Assembly (NCBI GenBank): GCA_030606485.1
Contig: JAUWGH010000001.1
Span: 330,001-362,000, forward strand
Source of the DNA: Promethearchaeota archaeon
Lineage (GTDB): Archaea > Asgardarchaeota > Lokiarchaeia > Sigyniarchaeales > SOKP01
DNA length: 32,000 nt
Direction: 5' to 3'
In this document: positions 1-9,087 of the stretch, one piece after another
Numbering within the stretch: position 1 is the stretch's first letter
How the letters are laid out: every line of letters starts with the position of its first letter
The notes under the pieces: generated by a model
What the model was told of the DNA's origin: nothing
What the model saw: the letters and a program-made list of their open reading frames with translations, nothing else
The model's database searches: none
Made by a program: the position numbers and the translations under genes

Positions 1-135
1 AGACAAATCACTACAAGAAGCTGAGATATGCAAAAAGGAATTGACATCTAACCCTAAAATTAATTTTAAATTAAAATAGGGAAAAAAATAGTAATTTTTT
101 ATACTATTTCTTTTGATTTCATTATTTTGTTTGTT

Positions 136-957
136 TTATAGATTTAAGACATCTTTCATAGTATAGATACGATTTTTATTTTGTCTAAAAATATACTTCA
201 TTGCTTTTATTGCTCCTTCTGCAAAACAATCTCTACTGATCGCTTTATGTTGCAATTCAATGTATTCCCCTGGACCTGCATAGAGTACTGTATGATTTCC
301 TATAATATCGCCAGCTCGAATGCAATGTATTCCAATTTCGTTCTTTGCACCTTTCTTTCTTAAAGCTGGACCTTTTGGACGCCCATACTTAATAACATCA
401 TCCATTTTAACTCCAAGAGTATCGCAAATTATTTTTGCTATAGTTAAACTCGTCCCTGAATAATTATCTCGTTTTCTTTTATGATGACCTTCAATTATTT
501 CAATATCCCAATCGTTTAAATATTCAGTTAAAATTGATGCCATTTTGAATAAAATGTTTACACCCGTTGCCATATTAGGCGAAATCACTGCTGGAGCCTT
601 CTTTGTTTTTACAAGCTTTTCGAATTCATCGAGAAAATCTTGGGTCATTGCTGTTGTTCCAATTACGCATTTAATTCCGTTTTCAACACAGATTTTGCAA
701 TTTTTTTCTGTTGCTTTTGCCACAGTAAAATCTACGGCGACATCTGGTTTAGTTTCGTCTATAACTTTTTGAAGATAATTAACATCACTGATTTTGATTT
801 TATTCCTATCTTTTACGGCTAGGAGCCCTCCTAATTCTTCGCCGATGTTATTTACATCGCAAGCGGCAACTATTTCAATTTCATCGTCATTTAATGCTAA
901 TCCACTAATGAGTCTCCCCATTATACCCGTAGGACCTAAAATTAGTAATTTTATCAT
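136..957 (-). CDS. dapB: 4-hydroxy-tetrahydrodipicolinate reductase
   Basis: N-terminal Rossmann motif (ILGPTGIMG), VDFT, VIGTT, ISPNMATGVN, catalytic loop IIEGHHKRKRD-x-x-SGT, IRAGDIIGNHTV and FAEGA; lies directly downstream of dapA. Confidence 0.95.
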   Translation of the reverse strand: MIKLLILGPTGIMGRLISGLALNDDEIEIVAACDVNNIGEELGGLLAVKDRNKIKISDVNYLQKVIDETKPDVAVDFTVAKATEKNCKICVENGIKCVIGTTAMTQDFLDEFEKLVKTKKAPAVISPNMATGVNILFKMASILTEYLNDWDIEIIEGHHKRKRDNYSGTSLTIAKIICDTLGVKMDDVIKYGRPKGPALRKKGAKNEIGIHCIRAGDIIGNHTVLYAGPGEYIELQHKAISRDCFAEGAIKAMKYIFRQNKNRIYTMKDVLNL

Positions 958-983
958 TATATTCTACCTTAAATCAAGCTTTT

Positions 984-1886
984 CTAAATTAATTTTAAAT
1001 TTTTTAATACTATTTTAATTTTTTCTTGATTGTCTAATAACGGAGGCGTTAGTGGCAACCTCATCCTTTTATTCATTAAACCGAGCAATTCAGCCGCAAA
1101 TTTTACCGGACCTGGATTTGTTTCAACAAATAATACTTTAAAAAGATCATAATATAGTAATTGCTGTTCCCTTGCATTATTCCAGAGATCCCTTTCCATT
1201 GTTTCGTAAAATTCGACCATTTTAAACGGGATAATGTTCGATGCGACACTAATTACTCCCTTACCACCCAGAGCCATAATATGAAAAGTTAGTGAATCAT
1301 CTCCGCTAAGGACGATAAAATCATCAGGGCATAATTTGAAAATCTTAGTGATTTGGTCAATGTTTCCACTTGCGCATTTTATCCCCACAACATTATCATT
1401 CTTTTTTGCAATAGTAGCTACCGTTTCTGGATTAATATTCCTAACCGTACGTCCCGGAACATTATACACAATTATTGGAATCTTGACTTGCTCAGCAATT
1501 GTATTGTAATGATCTATAAGTGAATGTTGAACGGGTTTGTTATAATAAGGAACAACAATTAATGCTCCATCGGCTCCAGCTTCCTCTGCTCTGGTTGTTA
1601 GCGAGATTGCCTCGTTTGTGGAATTACTTCCCGTTCCAGCTAACACAAAGGGATCTTTCCCGGTTTTTCTTGCTTCATCAACGGAAATTTTTACCGCTTC
1701 AATATGTTCCTCATGAGAGAGAGTTGCCGCCTCTCCCGTTGTACCCATAGTTAAAATATTTGCACCGTTATTAACTTGAAATTTTATAAATTCCCGATAT
1801 TTCTCTTCATCCAGAGAAAAGTCTTCCTTAAATGGCGTAATTAAAGCGGTTATCACATTTTTAAGTTTTTCTAATTTATCAGACAT
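984..1886 (-). CDS. dapA: 4-hydroxy-tetrahydrodipicolinate synthase
   Basis: TALITPF, GTTGEAATLSHEE, AGTGSNST, VVPYYNKP, VYNVPGRT, Schiff-base Lys in GIKCASG, LSGDD, GVISVASN, ETNPGPVK, RLPL. Start placed at ATG 1886 (MSDKLEK) rather than 1916. Confidence 0.95.
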   Translation of the reverse strand: MSDKLEKLKNVITALITPFKEDFSLDEEKYREFIKFQVNNGANILTMGTTGEAATLSHEEHIEAVKISVDEARKTGKDPFVLAGTGSNSTNEAISLTTRAEEAGADGALIVVPYYNKPVQHSLIDHYNTIAEQVKIPIIVYNVPGRTVRNINPETVATIAKKNDNVVGIKCASGNIDQITKIFKLCPDDFIVLSGDDSLTFHIMALGGKGVISVASNIIPFKMVEFYETMERDLWNNAREQQLLYYDLFKVLFVETNPGPVKFAAELLGLMNKRMRLPLTPPLLDNQEKIKIVLKNLKLI

Positions 1887-2141
1887 TGTAATCAAACTAT
1901 AACCAGTTAACATCATATAAAATTGGTTGAGAATAAGATATGTCCAATTTATTTAATAATCTTATGGAATATTCTATTAATAATAAGATAAAAATGAGTT
2001 AATTGTTCTTCTTGAAATCTAAACTCAAATGAAGCTATTTCTTCTTATTAGATAAATTAAATAAAAGAAATGATTAAATTTACCCTAATCTAATTAAAAA
2101 TAGTATTATTCATAATTATTATTTAAATAAATTTTATAAAA

Positions 2142-2438
2142 GTGGTGAAAAAAATACCAAAATTGATAATAAATATAGAAAAAGGATTTTCATTAATGCT
2201 AAATCAACACAGATGTCAAGGATGCGAAATTTGTGTTTCAGTTTGTCCTACAGGAATATTAGAAATGTCTGACCAATTGAATATGCGTGTAGCTTTTTTG
2301 CCAAAAGTGAAAGAGGGAAAGGAAAAATATTGTACTGCTTGTAAAAGATGTGAATATGCGTGTCCTATATGGGCAATATATATTGTACCAGAAATTGAGA
2401 ATGAAATTACAGTTAAAAAAGAGGAGGCAAAAATTTAG
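2142..2438 (+). CDS. 2x[4Fe-4S] ferredoxin-like delta subunit of 2-oxoacid:ferredoxin oxidoreductase
   Basis: Two CxxCxxCxxxCP motifs (CQGCEICVSVCP, CTACKRCEYACP); first gene of the alpha/beta/gamma cluster. GTG start uncertain. Confidence 0.85.
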   Translation: MVKKIPKLIINIEKGFSLMLNQHRCQGCEICVSVCPTGILEMSDQLNMRVAFLPKVKEGKEKYCTACKRCEYACPIWAIYIVPEIENEITVKKEEAKI

Positions 2439-2453
2439 AAAGGGTGATATTAT

Positions 2454-3632
2454 ATGAGTAATGTAAATGGTAAAAGATTCTTAAAACCTGGTAAGTATTT
2501 GATGATGGGCAATGTGGCTATGGCTGAAGGGGCTCTCTCGTCAGGTTTGAAATTTTTTGGGGGATATCCAATAACACCGAGTACAGAAGTAATCGAGCAT
2601 CTAGCAAAACGATTACCGGAAGTTGGAGGCTGTTGTATGCAAATGGAGGATGAACTAGCATCTATAAATGCAGTAATGGGTGCATCATTAGTTGGTGCTA
2701 AAGCAATGACTGCTACCTCAGGACCCGGTCTATCACTTATGACGGAAACTATTTCAATGGCAGCAAATATTGAAATTCCATTTGTTTTTTGCGATGTTCA
2801 ACGTTGTGGTCCGGGCACAGGATTTGTAACTGTTCCACATCATAACGATATAGGCTTAACCAGATTTGCTGGAAATGGAGAGTTTGAAGTAATAGCTTTT
2901 GCCCCTATGTCGTGCCAAGAATTATTTGATTTAACAATAACGGCGTTTAATTATGCGGAAACGTATAGATGTCCAATTTTCATTTTATCAGACGCTTATT
3001 TGGGACATATTCATGAAGTAGTAAATATACCTCCAAAAGAAGAAATTTTAAAAAGAGTTATTGATCGTACAATCCCAAAAGATACCAAGGGTGCAAAATT
3101 TACATATGAGGATATTAAAACTCATAAATTAACGATTCCAAAGCCTTATATCGTAGGAACTGAGTTCTGTCCTCCTTTAATCATTCATTTACCGCATAAC
3201 CAAGATGGTATACTAATGCCAGAAGAAAATTCATTAAGATTTATGAAAATTATGATTGATAAAATCAGAGATAATATAGATAAAATTAGCTTAACGGAAG
3301 AATATAAACTGGATGATGCAGAAATTATCATAATTTCATATGGTCTCCCCGTCCGGGCAAGTTATAGGGCTGTGGATTTAGCTCGCAAGAAAGGAATTAA
3401 AGTTGGAATTTTTAGGTTAATTACTGTATGGCCATTTCCAAAAGAAAAAGTTAAACAAGTCGTTGCTGGTGCTAAAGCTATAATTGTTCCGGAAATGAAT
3501 TATACTGGAGTGATTGCAGAACAAGTCGAACGAGTAACTGATCTTAATATTCCAGTTATTAAAGTACCTAAAGTAGCTACTTTACATCATCCAGATGATA
3601 TTTTAAAAGCGATTGAGGAGGTGGCGAAATAA
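2454..3632 (+). CDS. korA: 2-oxoacid:ferredoxin oxidoreductase alpha subunit (KorA-like)
   Basis: MGNVAMAEGA, GYPITPSTE, QMEDELAS, ATSGPGLSLM, DVQRCGPGTG, RLITVWPFP, VPEMN. GGTGA Shine-Dalgarno upstream. Substrate specificity cannot be read from sequence. Confidence 0.88.
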   Translation: MSNVNGKRFLKPGKYLMMGNVAMAEGALSSGLKFFGGYPITPSTEVIEHLAKRLPEVGGCCMQMEDELASINAVMGASLVGAKAMTATSGPGLSLMTETISMAANIEIPFVFCDVQRCGPGTGFVTVPHHNDIGLTRFAGNGEFEVIAFAPMSCQELFDLTITAFNYAETYRCPIFILSDAYLGHIHEVVNIPPKEEILKRVIDRTIPKDTKGAKFTYEDIKTHKLTIPKPYIVGTEFCPPLIIHLPHNQDGILMPEENSLRFMKIMIDKIRDNIDKISLTEEYKLDDAEIIIISYGLPVRASYRAVDLARKKGIKVGIFRLITVWPFPKEKVKQVVAGAKAIIVPEMNYTGVIAEQVERVTDLNIPVIKVPKVATLHHPDDILKAIEEVAK

Positions 3633-4541
3633 ATGTCTGATGATGTTAGATATCCAAGTGAAAAACCAGAACATCCATATTTTGATAGTTCCTTTTCAGG
3701 AATGCTTTTAGGAACCCTTGTTTCACGATTCTGTGGAGGTTGTGGATATGGTAGTATTGGACAATTATATACAAGAGTCTTTGAAGATGAAAAGTTAGAT
3801 CCTAAATTATATCCATTAGTTATTGGGATAGGGTGTTATAGTCAAATCTTTTTCTTAGTTCATAAAAATGCTCAAAAAATGCTAACACTTCATGGTAGAG
3901 CCCCAGCAGTCGCAACTGGAATGAAAATGGCAAACCCGAAAATGAAACCGATTATCTTCTCAGGAGATGGAGATTGTTTAGGAATAGGAGGGAACCACTT
4001 TATCCATTTATGTCGCAGAAACCTTGATTGCATACTCTTTATCTTTAATAATTCTATTTATGGAATGACCGGTGGTCAAGCAGCTCCGACAACTCTATAC
4101 GGAGCTATGAGCACAACTACCCCATATAAAATGTTTGAACCACGATCAGATGGTGTAGAACTTGCTTTAGCTGCGGGTGCAAGCTATGTAGCGCGCACAA
4201 CTGTTGCCCATCCTAGGACTCTAATGAAATACTTTAAAAAAGCATTAAAACACAAGGGGACTTCAGTAATTGAGGTAATAACTCCATGTGTTACGTATTT
4301 TGGGCGGAAAAATCTTGATAATCTGGGTTCTAAAGGAGAAAAAGGGGAAATTATGGATACTGGAGGGAAAATGTTTGAGTGGATTAAAAAAAATTCTATT
4401 CATATAAATCAAGCGAAATTCATGAGTAAAGAGGAGTTATTTAATAAATATATTATAGGAGAATTCCGCTATGACCCAAGCAAGTCTGAATATTCTGAAG
4501 AATATAAAAAAATTCAAAATATCGCAATGAAAGGTGACTAA
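3633..4541 (+). CDS. korB: 2-oxoacid:ferredoxin oxidoreductase beta subunit (TPP-binding, KorB-like)
   Basis: FCGGCG, GIGC, TLHGRA, TPP motif GDGD...NN, YGMTGGQAAPTT, EVITPCVTYF; starts immediately after the alpha stop codon. Confidence 0.9.
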   Translation: MSDDVRYPSEKPEHPYFDSSFSGMLLGTLVSRFCGGCGYGSIGQLYTRVFEDEKLDPKLYPLVIGIGCYSQIFFLVHKNAQKMLTLHGRAPAVATGMKMANPKMKPIIFSGDGDCLGIGGNHFIHLCRRNLDCILFIFNNSIYGMTGGQAAPTTLYGAMSTTTPYKMFEPRSDGVELALAAGASYVARTTVAHPRTLMKYFKKALKHKGTSVIEVITPCVTYFGRKNLDNLGSKGEKGEIMDTGGKMFEWIKKNSIHINQAKFMSKEELFNKYIIGEFRYDPSKSEYSEEYKKIQNIAMKGD

Positions 4542-4544
4542 AAA

Positions 4545-5144
4545 TTGAACCGATACGAAATTAGAATTGTCGGATATGGTGGGCAAGGTATAATTACTTT
4601 GAGTAAAATGATTGCATACGCAAGTGGCATCTGTGAAGAATTATTAGTAACTCAAACTGAAGCGTATGGGGCGCAAGCAAGAGGTGGAAGAAGCTGGGCT
4701 GAAGTTGTTATCGATTTAGATAGAGAATCCAAACAGATTGATTATCCTAAAGCGTTAAAACCTTATGATCTTCTTGTTATTCTTTCGGATGCTGCAACAA
4801 AAGAGGTTAAAAAGGAAGTAATTAAAAAAGAAGAAAATACAGGACTCCTCATTTGGGATTCATCCACCATATTAGGGAAATTTCGAGCAGCAAGTAAAAT
4901 GAAAAATCTTGGTTTACCAATCCAAAAAATGGCATTAGAAAAATTTGGAGACACCGTATACGGTAATACAATCTTATTTGGAATATTTACAGTTGTAACT
5001 AAGATCTTCTCCGAAGAATCTGCAATAGAAACTATAAAACAATTTGTTCCAAGTTCAACATTAGAAAAGAATATTGAAGCTTTTAAATTTGGAAAGCAAA
5101 AGGCTGAAGAGTTTTTAACTCAATTAAAGGAGGGAATGAGTTAA
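4545..5144 (+). CDS. 2-oxoacid:ferredoxin oxidoreductase gamma subunit
   Basis: EIRIVGYGGQGIIT, YGAQARGGRS, NTILFG, NIEAFKFG; TTG start with GGTGA upstream. Confidence 0.9.
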   Translation: MNRYEIRIVGYGGQGIITLSKMIAYASGICEELLVTQTEAYGAQARGGRSWAEVVIDLDRESKQIDYPKALKPYDLLVILSDAATKEVKKEVIKKEENTGLLIWDSSTILGKFRAASKMKNLGLPIQKMALEKFGDTVYGNTILFGIFTVVTKIFSEESAIETIKQFVPSSTLEKNIEAFKFGKQKAEEFLTQLKEGMS

Positions 5145-5145
5145 T

Positions 5146-6963
5146 ATGCAGTTCGAGAAAATCCAAAAAGGATGGAAAGAGTTAGAAGAAGAAATAATTA
5201 AAACAGGAAAATGTGTCTATTGCGGAGCTTGTAGTACGTTTTGTGAAAATATTAATTTCGATTTTGAAAAAGAAATTCCTATTGAGGATGGCTCTTGTAA
5301 AGATGTGAATACATGTAGGGATGGTTTCGGTGTCTGCTACAATTTATGCCCTAAAACCAATATTGAACAATATTCTGTCTGTAAAATGGATAAATGGACA
5401 TTTGGTAAGCAACACGATAAAATTCTTGGCCATTATAAAAAGATTTTATCAGTAAAACTCACAGATATTGCGCGAAAAAATCTACCATCAGAAACGGGAC
5501 CTATTACTGCATTGTTATCCACAGCAATGGAAGCGGGTTTAATTGATTGTGTAATAACGAATAAAAAAGATGATAATTTTCGATTCGTTCCTTTCATCGC
5601 AAAAAATAAACAAGAACTTTCTGACGGAATCGAATTTAAACCCTACCAAAGTCCTATCCTTTCAATAATAGGTAAGGCAATAAATCAAGAGTTTTCTGAT
5701 ATAGCCATTGTAGGTAATGGTTGCCAAATAGAAGCTCTAAGGAAAATGCAAAATCACCCTCGATTTGATTTTGAGGTTTTTGATTTAGTTTCTTTAGCAA
5801 TTGGGACATTTTGTTTCGGGACTTTCCACAATGAACAATTATCGGATTGTTTCAGTAAATATGGTATAAATCGTAGCGAAATATTAAACATTAAAACCGA
5901 CAAGAATAATTTTAAAATGGTCGTAACAACTAAATCTGGTAATAAAGAGATTCCTCTTAATTATCTATACGATAAATCTATACGAAATGCTTGTTTTTCT
6001 TGCTCAGATTATGTTTCTGAGTTTGCAGATATATCAGTTGGGAATGTGGGAAGCGAAGATGGATATAAAACCTTTATAATCAGGACTAAGAGAGGAAAGG
6101 AGGTTTTTAATCTAGCCATCGAAAATGGGCTCTTAGAGGCGAAACAACTTACGATAGATAACGAAGAATTAGTGTTAGATATAACTAGAAGTAGAACGGA
6201 TATAGTTAAAATTGATAAAGTTGTTGATCACTCTTCAGAAATAAAAAGCTTCCTCATAAAAAACGAAAGAATTGCCAAGGCATATAGACCTGGGATGTTC
6301 GTTATTTTATGGGTTTTAAACGCAGATTTCTTACCTATGTCAATCTCAAATGTTAATGGGAATGTAATTGAAATAACCGTACAAAAAATCGGCGAAGGGA
6401 CAGCTACACTATTTGGATTAAAGGAAGGCGATAGTATTGGAATCAGAGGTCCTTTTGGAAACACGTGGAATTGCGAAGACGCGTCAAATATTCTTATAGT
6501 TGGTGGTGGAATGGGAATTGCCGCACTTACTTCAGTTATTGAGTCTTTAAAGAAAAATAATAAAAATATATTTGCTGCAATTGGAGCTAAGGATAAATCC
6601 TCACTAATATTTGGTGATAGAATAACACTACAAATCCCTAATACACAATATGCAACTGATGATGGCTCAATTGGAAAAAAATGTTTTGTTACGGACATAA
6701 TCGAGGATATCATAGATAAAAACAACATAGATTTAATACTCACTTGTGGTCCCGAAATTATGATGAAACAAGTTTTAGAAATTGCTGAATTAAAGAAAAT
6801 TAATATTCAAGCATCTTTGGAAAGAAAAATGAAGTGTGGGGTTGGTCTGTGCGGTTCATGCTGTATTGGGGAAGAAAATAATGTTCCAGTGTGTAAAGAT
6901 GGTCCCATATTCGATTCGACCCAATTGAGAAAATTCTCTAAATTTGGAACTTATTCCAAATAA
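5146..6963 (+). CDS. Fusion: FrhB/FpoF-like (F420 hydrogenase/dehydrogenase beta family) domain + PyrK/NfnA-like FAD/NAD(P)-binding [2Fe-2S] domain
   Basis: N-half: CVYCGACSTFC and CYNLCP Fe-S motifs, GPITALL...GLIDCV, IVGNGCQIEALRK, IGTFC, CFSCSDYVSEFADISVGNVGS. C-half (from about aa 350): PGMFVILW, PMSIS, RGPFGN, VGGGMGIAAL, TCGPEIMM, SLERKMKCGVGLCGSC...VCKDGPIF. Confidence 0.85.
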   Translation: MQFEKIQKGWKELEEEIIKTGKCVYCGACSTFCENINFDFEKEIPIEDGSCKDVNTCRDGFGVCYNLCPKTNIEQYSVCKMDKWTFGKQHDKILGHYKKILSVKLTDIARKNLPSETGPITALLSTAMEAGLIDCVITNKKDDNFRFVPFIAKNKQELSDGIEFKPYQSPILSIIGKAINQEFSDIAIVGNGCQIEALRKMQNHPRFDFEVFDLVSLAIGTFCFGTFHNEQLSDCFSKYGINRSEILNIKTDKNNFKMVVTTKSGNKEIPLNYLYDKSIRNACFSCSDYVSEFADISVGNVGSEDGYKTFIIRTKRGKEVFNLAIENGLLEAKQLTIDNEELVLDITRSRTDIVKIDKVVDHSSEIKSFLIKNERIAKAYRPGMFVILWVLNADFLPMSISNVNGNVIEITVQKIGEGTATLFGLKEGDSIGIRGPFGNTWNCEDASNILIVGGGMGIAALTSVIESLKKNNKNIFAAIGAKDKSSLIFGDRITLQIPNTQYATDDGSIGKKCFVTDIIEDIIDKNNIDLILTCGPEIMMKQVLEIAELKKINIQASLERKMKCGVGLCGSCCIGEENNVPVCKDGPIFDSTQLRKFSKFGTYSK

Positions 6964-6995
6964 TTTTTATATCTTTTCTCTTTTTTTTTAATATC

Positions 6996-7955
6996 TTGCC
7001 AAATGAAAATTTAAAAAAAGGTCTTTTTTATGGAATTGCTATGATTTTCTTAGTGGGACTCCAACCAATAATCGCAAATTCAAGACCTGCTGAACTTGAC
7101 TCGTATCTCTTTGCTGCAATGACTTGTATTATTGGATCCATCATATTTTTCCCTATTATAATGATAGAACGCAGAAATCTCAAGATTTCGAAAGAAAATG
7201 ACCCCGATAAAACAATCGAGATTGAGTCCCTTTTAAACGGCTGGAAAAAGCATAAACTCTTTTTAATATATCTTGGCATTAATTTTGGAGTTGCTCAAGT
7301 CTTATTTTTCATATCATATCTGCTTGCTGGAGCAATTAATGGTTCTCTTGCTCAAAAAACAACTGTGATTTTTGCTTTATTATTTGGATACATTATTAAT
7401 AAAGAATCCATTAAAAAATCTCAGGTATTATTTTCTTTTCTTTTATTATTTGGCGTAATTCTTGCTATTACGCAAGGTTCATTTAATTTACTCGAATTTA
7501 ATTTAGGTGTAATATTAATGCTAGTAACAACCGCAATTTGGATGCTAGGACACGCTATTACAAAAACAGTTTTAGATAAAAATGAAGCAACACCAATTCA
7601 ATTGGTATTTTCAAGAAATGCTTTAAGTGGAATCATCTTATTCAGCACATATTTTTTATTATTTCCTATAGAAAATTTTAATTTATTGTTTAACCCTATT
7701 AATATTTTTTATTTTCTAGCTATGGGAGTTGTTTATAGTGCTAATTTATTTTGTTGGTATAAAGTTCTCAAATATTTAGATGTATCTAAAGCATCAGTCC
7801 TCGCATCTCCCACTCCCATAGTCACCGCATTTTTTGCGATATTTCTTGGAGAGATTTTCACTGGTTTTCATCTAATCGGGTTATTCATAATTATCATATC
7901 CATATATTTTATTGTGAGAGAAAAGAAACGGAATAATATTGATGAAAAAAATTAG
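6996..7955 (+). CDS. EamA/DMT family transporter
   Basis: About 10 hydrophobic segments in two repeats; motifs such as GAINGSLAQKTTVIFALLFGYIINKE and SKASVLASPTPIVTAFFAIFLGE; TTG start. Confidence 0.88.
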   Translation: MPNENLKKGLFYGIAMIFLVGLQPIIANSRPAELDSYLFAAMTCIIGSIIFFPIIMIERRNLKISKENDPDKTIEIESLLNGWKKHKLFLIYLGINFGVAQVLFFISYLLAGAINGSLAQKTTVIFALLFGYIINKESIKKSQVLFSFLLLFGVILAITQGSFNLLEFNLGVILMLVTTAIWMLGHAITKTVLDKNEATPIQLVFSRNALSGIILFSTYFLLFPIENFNLLFNPINIFYFLAMGVVYSANLFCWYKVLKYLDVSKASVLASPTPIVTAFFAIFLGEIFTGFHLIGLFIIIISIYFIVREKKRNNIDEKN

Positions 7956-8049
7956 TTAAAAATCTTATTACTATCCTTATTTTCTATAAAATCATTATAT
8001 TAAAATATTAAATCATAAAATAGTTTTAGTAATACTCATTTTTGTAAAA

Positions 8050-9048
8050 TTGAATGATATGGATTTTAAAGATAAGTTTATTGGAACTCTTTTAGGAACA
8101 GCAATAGGAGATACTTTAGGTGTTCCTTTTGAAGGACAAATAAGAGAACAAGTTATTAGGTATTTTGATGATTTTGATGAATTTATCGATAAGAATCACA
8201 ACATTTTCAGAACTTATAGCGATGATACTCAGCTCACAATACACACCGCAAAAGCAATAATAAGAGCTGGTGGCATTGAGGAAGAAATCTTAATAGATGA
8301 ATTTATTAAATGGTTAAATGATCCTCCCATCGGCCCAGGGTTTGGATGCTTATCAAGTATTCGAAAGTTAGCTGAAGGAATTCCATGGAAAAGTGCAGCT
8401 TCAAACTCTGGTGGGAATGGAACAGCGATGAGGATATCACCTATTGGTTTATTTTATTCTAATAATATTGAGCAGTTAAAGAAAGCAGCAAGTTTAAATA
8501 GTAATATTACTCATTCTCATCCTGCTGCAGAAGCTGGAGCAAGAGTTGTGGCTTCAAGCATCGCTTTTCTCCTATATAAAGATCCCAATAAGGGATTTTC
8601 GATTAATGAGTTTTTTCAAACTATAATTAACGTAATCTCCGATAAAAAAGATAGGATTTGGGAAGAGTTTATTGAAATTTTAAATGACTTACAGAATAAT
8701 TTGGATATGGATTTAATCGATGGACTAAAAAAATATGCTCAAATTGGCGTGAAACCTCCCTTCTACATTAAAAGTTTAGAAAATAAATGCTTTGTTCATC
8801 CTTATACTATCTCCACAGTTGTTTGTGCTCTTTTTATCTTTTTAAAAAATCTTGATTCTTTTAAGAAATGTATTTATATTTTACCAACTGCTGGAGGAGA
8901 TACAGATACATGTGGTGCTATTGGTGGATCCATTGCAGGTTCATATTTTGGTTTTAAAAATATACCTGAAAAATTAATTGCGTTAGTTCAAAACTCAAAA
9001 GAAATAATCCAATTAGGAAAGGAATTATACCAAGTTTCATTGCGCTAA
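8050..9048 (+). CDS. ADP-ribosylglycohydrolase (DraG/ARH family)
   Basis: GTLLGTAIGDTLG, SDDTQLT, GNGTAMRISP, THSHP, GGDTDTCGAIGGSIAG. Start is TTG 8050 or ATG 8059. Confidence 0.92.
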   Translation: MNDMDFKDKFIGTLLGTAIGDTLGVPFEGQIREQVIRYFDDFDEFIDKNHNIFRTYSDDTQLTIHTAKAIIRAGGIEEEILIDEFIKWLNDPPIGPGFGCLSSIRKLAEGIPWKSAASNSGGNGTAMRISPIGLFYSNNIEQLKKAASLNSNITHSHPAAEAGARVVASSIAFLLYKDPNKGFSINEFFQTIINVISDKKDRIWEEFIEILNDLQNNLDMDLIDGLKKYAQIGVKPPFYIKSLENKCFVHPYTISTVVCALFIFLKNLDSFKKCIYILPTAGGDTDTCGAIGGSIAGSYFGFKNIPEKLIALVQNSKEIIQLGKELYQVSLR

Positions 9049-9087
9049 GAAATATCTCTGGAATAAGAGATTCGCAGAAGAGATTAT

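Noticed and set aside
1-78. 3' end of an upstream plus-strand gene (possible frame DKSLQEAEICKKELTSNPKINFKLK*)
   Set aside because: Too short to choose a frame or assign a product; an in-frame TGA in another frame is not evidence for selenocysteine.
181-1750. Plus-strand ORFs 181-363, 545-772, 640-822, 794-1018, 1520-1750
   Set aside because: Antisense shadows of dapB/dapA with no motifs.
9052-9085. Small hairpin ATCTCT-GGAATA-AGAGAT between convergent ARH and pcm genes
   Set aside because: Only 6 bp; archaeal termination generally relies on U-rich tracts, so it cannot be supported as a terminator.
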